Shown: piece after piece, positions 43,594-50,439 of the stretch
Layout: each line of letters begins with the position of its first letter
Position numbering within the stretch: the stretch's first letter is position 1
Source of the DNA: Patescibacteria group bacterium
GTDB taxonomy: Bacteria; Patescibacteriota; Minisyncoccia; Phycocordibacterales; Phycocordibacteraceae
Assembly (NCBI GenBank): GCA_038064495.1
Contig: JBBTSZ010000008.1
Span: 1-50,439, forward strand
Direction of reading: 5' to 3'
Length of the DNA: 50,439 nt
Notes under the pieces: model-generated
The model's input: only the letters and a program-made list of their open reading frames with translations
Database searches by the model: none
Told to the model about the DNA's origin: nothing
Translations under genes and position numbers: made by a program

Positions 43594-45462
43594 ATGTCTA
43601 TTACTCAGACAAATACGATGGCTAAGGTTGCAGCAGTTGTTGCAGGTCTTGGACTCGTAGCAATGACGTTTGTTGCTGCAGCTCCGGCTAAGGCAGCTGA
43701 CACCATGTTCAACGTCAACCTTACGGTTGGCTCTCGTGGTGCTGATGTTTCAGCACTTCAGGCATGGCTTATCGCAGGTGGTTACAGCATCCCAGCTGGT
43801 GCAACTGGTTACTTCGGTGCCCAGACTAAGGCTGCAGTTGCTGCATACCAGGCTGCTAAGGGCATCAGCCCAGCAGTTGGTTACTTCGGTCCACTTACCC
43901 GCGCTTCTGTAAACGCAGGTGGTTCTACTACTGGTGGTTCAACGCAGGCTGGTTGTGGCGCTGGAAATGTGTACAGCTCAACAACTGGTCAGCTTTGTTC
44001 AACTGGTGGTTCAACTAGCGTTACCGGTAACGGCCGCTTCACCGGTGTAAGTTCTCTCGGCGACATCACTTCTGATCTCAAGGAGGGAGACAGCGCTACT
44101 CAGGTTATCGGCGTAGAAGCTGATGCAACTGATGGCGATGTTCAGGTACAGCGTCTCGATGTTAAGTTCACCATCGCTAACAGCGGCGGTAGCTCAAACC
44201 TCGACAGATACGTTGGTACTGTTGCTGTGTACCTTGACGGTGCCAAGCTTGGCACTATGGACGCAGCAGACGGAGACAAGGACGGCCGCGTGTGGACGTT
44301 CCGCTTCTCTAACCTTAACGGGGTAGTGAAGGCAGGAAAGACTGGTCAGCTCTACGTCAAAGTCACTCCAATCTCAAGCATTGGTTCTGATGAGAGTGGA
44401 GACACTGTCACTGCAAACCTTGCAGTTGATAGCCTCCGCGCAGTTGGTGGAGATGGAATCTCTGACACTTACATTGCAACAGCAATCGACCAGGACTTCA
44501 CGGTCTCTTCAGCTACTGACGGAACCCTTACGGTTTCCGCTGGTTCTGACAACCCGAAGGCTAGCCAGATTGCAGTAGCTTCTTCAACAACGACTGGTGT
44601 AACTCTCCTTACCTTCAGCATGAAGGCTAAGAACCAAGATGTTACGGTTAACGACCTTGCTATCCAGCTCGGTACGTCCGACAGCCTCAGCGATGTTGTA
44701 TCAACAGTTAAGCTCATGAAGGGTTCTACGGTTCTTAAGACGAAGACGGTTAGCTCCGGAACGTTTGGAACCACGACCTTTGATGGCATTGATCGCACGA
44801 TTTCTAAGGACTCTACGGAGACCTACTCAGTTGTCGTAGATCTTAAGGGTGACTCAGCATACGCTGACGGTACGACGCTCATCGCTTCTACCACGACGTA
44901 TGGATGGGATGTTTCAGACGCTAATGGCGCAACGGTAACTCCATCTGCATCAGCAGCTGGAAACACGATGACGCTTACAGCGACTGGTATCTCAGTTGCC
45001 AAGGGTAGTATCACGACTTCAACGACCGTTGGTCTTACGGGTGCTGGTGACTCAACGCAGTACACCATCCCGTTCACCGTAACGGCCGGAGATACTGACA
45101 TCTACATTGGTGGCTCAGTTACTCGTGTGGCAAGTGCAACGACTGTTCCTTCAGCATCTGCTGGCGGTGCTACGTTCGCAACCACAACGAGCTCAACAGC
45201 TTCTTCAACAGGAACCGCAACTACTAACTTCTCTGCAGCTGACTCTGTTTCTGGAGACTCTGCAGGTAGTTACTACAAGATTTCTGCTAACACTTCTCGC
45301 GTCTTTACGCTCAACGTATCCTTCACAGCTACAGCTACTGGATACACTGGCGTTGAGCTCGTCGGTGTTAACTACGGTCCTACGAGTACGCTCGGAACGA
45401 CCTACTACACGTCAAACCTTGACACGTTCAAGACTGCTGACATCCGAATGCAGACTCGCTAG
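43594..45462 (+). CDS. abundant-type surface protein: signal peptide, peptidoglycan-binding domain, long T/S/G/A-rich beta region (S-layer-like candidate)
   Basis: Signal sequence AAVVAGLGLVAMTFVAAAPAKA. PG_binding_1-like repeat (GSRGADVSALQAWLIAGGY..GYFGAQTKAAVAAYQ). By eye, codon use is strongly skewed toward GGT/GCT/ACT/GTT. Strong terminator downstream. Confidence 0.75.
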   Translation: MSITQTNTMAKVAAVVAGLGLVAMTFVAAAPAKAADTMFNVNLTVGSRGADVSALQAWLIAGGYSIPAGATGYFGAQTKAAVAAYQAAKGISPAVGYFGPLTRASVNAGGSTTGGSTQAGCGAGNVYSSTTGQLCSTGGSTSVTGNGRFTGVSSLGDITSDLKEGDSATQVIGVEADATDGDVQVQRLDVKFTIANSGGSSNLDRYVGTVAVYLDGAKLGTMDAADGDKDGRVWTFRFSNLNGVVKAGKTGQLYVKVTPISSIGSDESGDTVTANLAVDSLRAVGGDGISDTYIATAIDQDFTVSSATDGTLTVSAGSDNPKASQIAVASSTTTGVTLLTFSMKAKNQDVTVNDLAIQLGTSDSLSDVVSTVKLMKGSTVLKTKTVSSGTFGTTTFDGIDRTISKDSTETYSVVVDLKGDSAYADGTTLIASTTTYGWDVSDANGATVTPSASAAGNTMTLTATGISVAKGSITTSTTVGLTGAGDSTQYTIPFTVTAGDTDIYIGGSVTRVASATTVPSASAGGATFATTTSSTASSTGTATTNFSAADSVSGDSAGSYYKISANTSRVFTLNVSFTATATGYTGVELVGVNYGPTSTLGTTYYTSNLDTFKTADIRMQTR

Positions 45463-45517
45463 TCGAGTGAGCTAACGGTGTAGAAGTCGGTTGACGCACT
45501 ACGGTACGTAACTGGCG

Positions 45518-45557
45518 AAAAACAAAAAACCACCCCGTAGGGTGGTTTTTTGTTTTG
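45518..45557 (+). terminator. intrinsic terminator after the surface-protein gene
   Basis: aaaaacaaaaaaccaccc cgta gggtggttttttgtttt. Confidence 0.85.
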
Positions 45558-45601
45558 TCGACAGAAGCAAGCCACCATTTCAGCATGCTATTCTGCAAGA
45601 G

Positions 45602-46117
45602 ATGAAAACCTCGTTCTTACAAGGTAAGCCAGTACAACAAGCACTCCTTGCATTTGTTTTGGTTGGCGCAGCTGCATTCCTCCTGCTCCCTTTGATTGCG
45701 GGAATGCCAACTCGTGGTGGTTACCCGGTAGCTTCAAGCGACCACATTTCCTCGTGGAGCTGGCAAGGCATGTACGCACATACGAGCGAGAAACAGCGTG
45801 AGGTAACGAAAGAATTGAACACACTCAAGGAACTTCTAGGGAAGGGCGGCATGGATGACTACGATCTCTATGTTGGCATCGCGACTGAATATGAACTCCT
45901 TGGGGATGGCACACACTCCTATCAGTATCTTTCTAAAGCAATTACAGACGACCCGAAGCGCGGTCTTGCCTACATGAACATGGGTCACCTTATGGAAACG
46001 CTTGGAGCGTTTACGACGGCCCGTACGGCGTACGAAGCAGCAGTTTCGGCTGAGCCAAATAACACTGTGTTCAAAGCATCCAGGGATGCATTCCTTTTGA
46101 ATCACCCTGCGCCATGA
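45602..46117 (+). CDS. TPR-repeat protein with an N-terminal membrane anchor
   Basis: ALLAFVLVGAAAFLLLPLIAG anchor, then TPR-like YVGIATEYELLGDGTHSYQYLSKAITDDPKRGLAYMNMGHLMETLGAFTTARTAYEAAVSAEPNN. ATG at 45602. Confidence 0.7.
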   Translation: MKTSFLQGKPVQQALLAFVLVGAAAFLLLPLIAGMPTRGGYPVASSDHISSWSWQGMYAHTSEKQREVTKELNTLKELLGKGGMDDYDLYVGIATEYELLGDGTHSYQYLSKAITDDPKRGLAYMNMGHLMETLGAFTTARTAYEAAVSAEPNNTVFKASRDAFLLNHPAP

Positions 46118-46215
46118 AAAAGTACGTTGCCGAATTCCTTGGGTTTCTTTGTGGATTTGTGATTTTAATAGGAACCGCACTTCTTGCTATTCATATGGTA
46201 TCGCCGAGCATGTAG
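46114..46215 (+). CDS. possible 33-aa hydrophobic micro-protein
   Basis: ATGA start/stop overlap with the TPR gene. Translates to MKKYVAEFLGFLCGFVILIGTALLAIHMVSPSM, a single TM helix. Below the ORF-track size cut-off. Confidence 0.35.
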   Translation: MKKYVAEFLGFLCGFVILIGTALLAIHMVSPSM

Positions 46216-46480
46216 GACCTTCTAAAGTCCTCAAGAAAGTGGATTTGCTTCAGAATGTAACTAAATGTATAGTGCCTAAGTACGGACCGAAGACAGCAGG
46301 CATTTGTAAGCCCTGCCGAGGGACGAAACCGAAGATGTCACATAAGATATCTCCGGGGTCGACTGTCTCCACCGGTCCCTTTATTAGGGACCTCGTTCGT
46401 TTCCGTACGCCCCGATTTTCTAGACGGTACTCCGTCGTAGAAAATCGGTAGTGCCCTTGGGGTACAACCAAATCAAACAT
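46216..46480 (+). promoter_or_regulatory. ribosomal protein L10 leader-like region
   Basis: gcctaagtacggaccgaagacagcaggcatttgtaag resembles the 23S GTPase-associated-centre sequence GCUUAGAAGCAGCCAUCAUUUAAAG that L10(L12)n binds. It sits directly upstream of rplJ. Confidence 0.5.
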
Positions 46481-46975
46481 ATGGCAATTACAAAGCAAAA
46501 GAAGGTAGAAATCACCAAGAAGATTGAGGATGCGGTTAAAGACGCTGTCTCAATCGTCTTCGTGAAGTTTTCCGGCATGACCGTGAAAGATACCGGTGAG
46601 ATGAGGCAGTCTCTACGAAATGGTGGTGTGAGCTACTACGTCGCAAAGAAGACCCTCATCAAGCGTGTTTTGAACTCACAGGGCTACACCGGAGGGCTTC
46701 CTGATATGCCAGGAGAAATCGCTATTGCGTGGAGCTCAACAGATGCAACCGCACCTGCTCGTGACATCTATGAAATAGGGAAGAAGCACAAGGATTCGCT
46801 CACGATTGTGGGAGGTATTTGGGAAGGAGCCTTTGCAGATGCGCTCGCGATGAACGCTATTGCAACGATTCCACCTGTTCCAGTCCTTCGTGGCATGTTC
46901 GTCAACGTAATCAACAGCCCAATACAGGGATTTGTTATTGCGCTTAATCAGATTGCGGAGAAAAAGACCGCTTAA
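46481..46975 (+). CDS. rplJ: 50S ribosomal protein L10
   Basis: [49 protein letters not shown] at 46481 is preferred to the GTG at 46451. Confidence 0.9.
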   Translation: MAITKQKKVEITKKIEDAVKDAVSIVFVKFSGMTVKDTGEMRQSLRNGGVSYYVAKKTLIKRVLNSQGYTGGLPDMPGEIAIAWSSTDATAPARDIYEIGKKHKDSLTIVGGIWEGAFADALAMNAIATIPPVPVLRGMFVNVINSPIQGFVIALNQIAEKKTA

Positions 46976-46995
46976 CTTATTTAATTTACAATCCT

Positions 46996-47469
46996 ATGTC
47001 TGAAGAAGAAGTAAAGCAGGGTGAAACAACTGAAGAGGTTGCAACTCCAGCAGAAGAGAAAGCTGCTCCAGCCCCTGAGGCAAAGGAGGAGTCAGTAGAA
47101 GTCCCTGCAAAGTTCAAGAAGATTGTTGAGGAGATTGAGGCCATGACAGTTCTCGAACTCTCTGAGCTCGTAAAGGTATTTGAGAAGAAGTTCGGTGTGT
47201 CTGCTGCCGCTGTTGCGGTCGCAGGTCCGGCCGCTTCCGGTACTGCTGACGAAGGTAAATCAACGGTTAACGTTGAACTTACCGACGCTGGCGCAGCAAA
47301 GATTCAAGTCATTAAGGTAGTAAAGGAGGCACTTGGCCTCGGCCTTAAGGAAGCAAAGGATCTTGTTGATGGTGCTCCAAACATGCTCAAGGAAAACGCG
47401 AGCAAGGAGGACGCTGAAGACCTCAAGAAGAAGATTGAGGAGGCTGGAGGTAAAGTAACGTTTAAGTAA
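46996..47469 (+). CDS. rplL: 50S ribosomal protein L7/L12 with a ~37-aa acidic N-terminal extension
   Basis: [37 protein letters not shown] (N-terminal domain and hinge), and a C-terminal domain [26 protein letters not shown]...[10 protein letters not shown]. Confidence 0.92.
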   Translation: MSEEEVKQGETTEEVATPAEEKAAPAPEAKEESVEVPAKFKKIVEEIEAMTVLELSELVKVFEKKFGVSAAAVAVAGPAASGTADEGKSTVNVELTDAGAAKIQVIKVVKEALGLGLKEAKDLVDGAPNMLKENASKEDAEDLKKKIEEAGGKVTFK

Positions 47470-47484
47470 CTTTCACATTCCGGA

Positions 47485-47520
47485 CACGAAAAACGCCCGC
47501 ATTTGCGGGCGTTTTTCGTG
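47485..47520 (+). terminator. intrinsic terminator after rplL
   Basis: cacgaaaaacgcccgc attt gcgggcgtttttcgtg. Confidence 0.85.
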
Positions 47521-47561
47521 TCCATTTCCGTTAGTTGCGGGTAGGGTGGGGGGGTAGGTTC

Positions 47562-47671
47562 ACCACCACACCAATTCCAAGAAGAGTAGTAGAAAAATTA
47601 ACAAACGATCACGAATAACAACACAAGCAGTCAATATATCAATGGTTGTGCGCCAGAATTGGTGTGGTGGT
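47562..47671. repeat. perfect 16-bp inverted repeat (accaccacaccaattc / gaattggtgtggtggt) around a 78-nt A-rich spacer
   Basis: Arms at 47562-47577 and 47656-47671. The right arm overlaps an extended -10 (tgg taaaat) upstream of the 47692 gene. Core CCACACCAAT is shared with 49234-49312. Confidence 0.8.
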
Positions 47672-47691
47672 AAAATGCCCGAACGAACCCT

Positions 47692-48276
47692 ATGGACCAC
47701 CTCTCACGTCTTTTTGGAAGTCCCGCTCGATTGAAATTGCTTCGTCTCTTTCTCTTTAACGACGATACTATTTTTTCTAGTACGACCGCAGCATTTCGTT
47801 CAAAGACACTCAAGGACACGGCGCGCAAAGAACTCACGCTCCTTGCAAACGCAGGCATCATTCGCAAGAAGCAAGGCAAGAAGGGAGACAAACAGGGAAG
47901 TGGGTATGTCGCAAACAAAAAGTTTGCACACTACGCAGCACTTCAGAAGTTCCTTCGAGATAGCACGGACGTGAGTGATGCAAACATTCTCGCGACGCTT
48001 CGTCGTGCCGGGCCACTTCGCGTGGTTGCACTCTCCGGACTTTTTACAGGTGCGGTTGAACCTAAGATAGATGTGCTTGTGGTAGGGGACCGTCTTGAGG
48101 AGCGTCCGCTTGCTGCTGCTATTCATACGATAGAGGCTGAACTTGGACGTGAGTTACGGTACGCTTCTTTTACGACTGAAGAGTTTAAATATCGGGTTGG
48201 TGTCTATGATCGCCTCGTTCGCGACGTCTTTGATTATCCCCATCGCACCATTCTAGACAGAATCAACGCGAATTAG
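47692..48276 (+). CDS. hypothetical protein with an N-terminal winged-helix-like domain
   Basis: LFGSPARLKLLRLFLFN...ELTLLANAGIIRKK resembles an ArsR/PadR-type wHTH. C-terminal domain unknown. Confidence 0.55.
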   Translation: MDHLSRLFGSPARLKLLRLFLFNDDTIFSSTTAAFRSKTLKDTARKELTLLANAGIIRKKQGKKGDKQGSGYVANKKFAHYAALQKFLRDSTDVSDANILATLRRAGPLRVVALSGLFTGAVEPKIDVLVVGDRLEERPLAAAIHTIEAELGRELRYASFTTEEFKYRVGVYDRLVRDVFDYPHRTILDRINAN

Positions 48277-48281
48277 CGTGA

Positions 48282-48352
48282 CTCCCAAAAACTCCAGCTA
48301 CTTCGTTACGGGTCCCGACTCGTATCTGAAGCTTTTTGAAGCTACGCTCTCC
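48282..48352 (+). repeat. MITE-like intergenic repeat, internally deleted copy D
   Basis: ctcccaaaaactccagctacttcgtt matches the 5' arm of copies A and B, and cgactcgtatctgaagctttttgaagctacgctc matches the 3' arm. The central hairpin module is missing. Confidence 0.55.
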
Positions 48353-48482
48353 TGAAAGGGGTATCCACAGCACCCCTACCAGGAAAGGCCACGGTTGCTA
48401 CACTTTTGAATAGGCAGGTCCTCTAGGAACTGACACTCCTAGCGGCCAGCATTAGTCACTTAATTCGCGGAAGCATATCTCT

Positions 48483-49163
48483 ATGTTCCTATCCACCTGG
48501 GCGGATGTCCTCAATCAGTCACTTCAGAGCTTGTTCTGGGGTCTGGTTCAGTTCCTCCCCAATTTAATCGTTGCGGTTCTTATCTTCATCATCGGTTGGC
48601 TCGTCGGTGCTGGTCTTGGTCGCCTCGTGTCGCAGATTGTTGCGACCCTAAAGGTCGACAAGGCTCTTCGCGCTGCAGGCGTTCAGACCGTGGTAGAGCG
48701 AGCGGGGTACACCCTGAACTCAGGTGACCTACTCGGTGGCCTGGTGAAATGGTTCTTCATCATCGTATTCCTCGTTGCATCGCTTGATGTGCTTGGTCTT
48801 ACGGATGTCACCGCATTTTTGCGCGGAGTGGTACTTACGTACATTCCTCAGGTGATTGTTGCTGTCCTCATCCTCTTGGTGGCAGCGGTTATCGCTGAGA
48901 CTGCTGACCGCGTTGTGGCAGGAAGTGCCCGTGCCGCGGGACTTCGTGCTGCTGGCCTGCTTGGGACCATCTCTCGCTACGCCATCTGGATATTCGCTAT
49001 ACTTGCGGCACTTGATCGCCTCGGTATTAGCCCACTTATCCAGACTCTATTTACCGGTGTTGTGGTAGCGCTTGCGCTCGCGTTCGGACTTGCGTTCGGA
49101 CTTGGCGGCACAAAAGCTGCAGAGAAGTATATCGACAAGATTCGGAGCGAAATTGCTGGGTAA
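48483..49163 (+). CDS. conserved TM-helix repeat protein (mechanosensitive-channel-related family)
   Basis: Repeated modules of the type LPNLIVAVLIFIIGWLVG..LVSQIV and IPQVIVAVLILLVAAVIAE. Confidence 0.65.
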   Translation: MFLSTWADVLNQSLQSLFWGLVQFLPNLIVAVLIFIIGWLVGAGLGRLVSQIVATLKVDKALRAAGVQTVVERAGYTLNSGDLLGGLVKWFFIIVFLVASLDVLGLTDVTAFLRGVVLTYIPQVIVAVLILLVAAVIAETADRVVAGSARAAGLRAAGLLGTISRYAIWIFAILAALDRLGISPLIQTLFTGVVVALALAFGLAFGLGGTKAAEKYIDKIRSEIAG

Positions 49164-49182
49164 CACCCTCAATTTCAACCTA

Positions 49183-49213
49183 GAAAAGACCCCGCGAAGC
49201 GGGGTCTTTTCTT
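49183..49213 (+). terminator. intrinsic terminator
   Basis: aaaagaccccgc gaa gcggggtcttttctt. Confidence 0.85.
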
Positions 49214-49233
49214 AGAAGGGGCCATTGTTTGCT

Positions 49234-49312
49234 GCCACACCAATGCTCTCATTCCCGTGATTTTCAAGAAAATAACGGATCTCGAGAGTCTATTAAAGAG
49301 CATTGGTGTGGC
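49234..49312. repeat. perfect 15-bp inverted repeat (gccacaccaatgctc / gagcattggtgtggc) around a 49-nt spacer
   Basis: Arms at 49234-49248 and 49298-49312. The right arm ends 3 nt before the TTGACA of the next promoter. Confidence 0.8.
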
Positions 49313-49315
49313 GGT

Positions 49316-49344
49316 TTGACAGGGAATATCGGCCCGCGTATACT
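49316..49344 (+). promoter_or_regulatory. consensus-like sigma-70 promoter upstream of the 23S rRNA region
   Basis: TTGACA - 17 nt - TATACT. Confidence 0.5.
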
Positions 49345-49614
49345 CTGCCTTACGTGTTGACCACCAAGAAATTACTAACCAAACGGAGCGGATAAGAGCC
49401 GGATTGGCTCTCTGCGTTGAAAAACGCAAACCGCCCCGGAAGGGGTCTTTTTTTTGCGGAAGCAAAAAAAGAAAAGTGATGGATTTGGCTTGCACCACGG
49501 GTTCGTTGACATACGAATATGTAAAATTAAGGTAATCAACCTCGTTCCGCGAAAGCGAAACGAGTAAGTGAAATTGCACAACACAAAAACGTTCAGTGGT
49601 GAACAGGTTTCCGC

Positions 49615-50439
<825 letters not shown>

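Noticed and set aside
46149-46451. 100-aa ORF upstream of rplJ
   Set aside because: GTG start with no RBS. It spans the L10-leader-like region that mimics the 23S rRNA L10 binding site, and its composition is not protein-like.
49290-49305. TGCTCTTTAATAG on the minus strand resembles the rrn antiterminator boxA TGCTCTTTAACAA
   Set aside because: It is on the strand opposite the 23S rRNA, lies upstream of the promoter, and is part of the inverted-repeat arm. It is probably coincidental.

Overview
Gene-dense bacterial chromosome segment of about 50% GC, dominated by housekeeping genes. These cover translation (rpsT, rplS, rplK, rplJ-rplL, rpsF-ssb-rpsR, efp, argS, ileS, glyQS, metG), recombination and repair (ruvA, ruvX, recO, recA, ftsK), secE-nusG, a thymidylate/folate cluster (folA, 5-formyl-THF cyclo-ligase, dcd, thyA, glyA), a pilM-pilN-pilO cluster, metal transporters (ZIP, CDF), an ECF sigma factor, two large surface proteins, eight tRNA genes and the 5' part of a 23S rRNA with no 16S upstream. 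Small proteins, split domains, an unlinked 23S and no rplA next to rplK suggest a CPR/Parcubacteria-like organism; this is inference only. I found no CRISPR array, transposase, integrase or recognisable defence operon. The unusual signals are mostly at RNA or repeat level. (1) Two tandem paralogous ~220-nt structured RNA genes on the minus strand at 35.5-36.0 kb, each with its own promoter and terminator and no family I recognise. (2) tRNA-Arg(GCG) and tRNA-Ser(UGA) are each followed by a structured 100-190 nt spacer, then a second copy of their T-loop-to-3' end that carries CCA and abuts the same 15-mer. (3) IleRS carries a ~190-aa histidine-phosphatase (PGAM-like) domain inside its catalytic core. 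(4) A family of ~110-130 bp imperfect-palindromic, MITE-like intergenic repeats, with five copies. (5) A 45-bp duplicate of the efp 3' end flanks a ~690-bp lipoprotein cassette. (6) Two loci have 15-16 bp inverted repeats sharing the core CCACACCAAT directly upstream of promoters. All coordinates and motifs were read by eye from the sequence. No database search was run.
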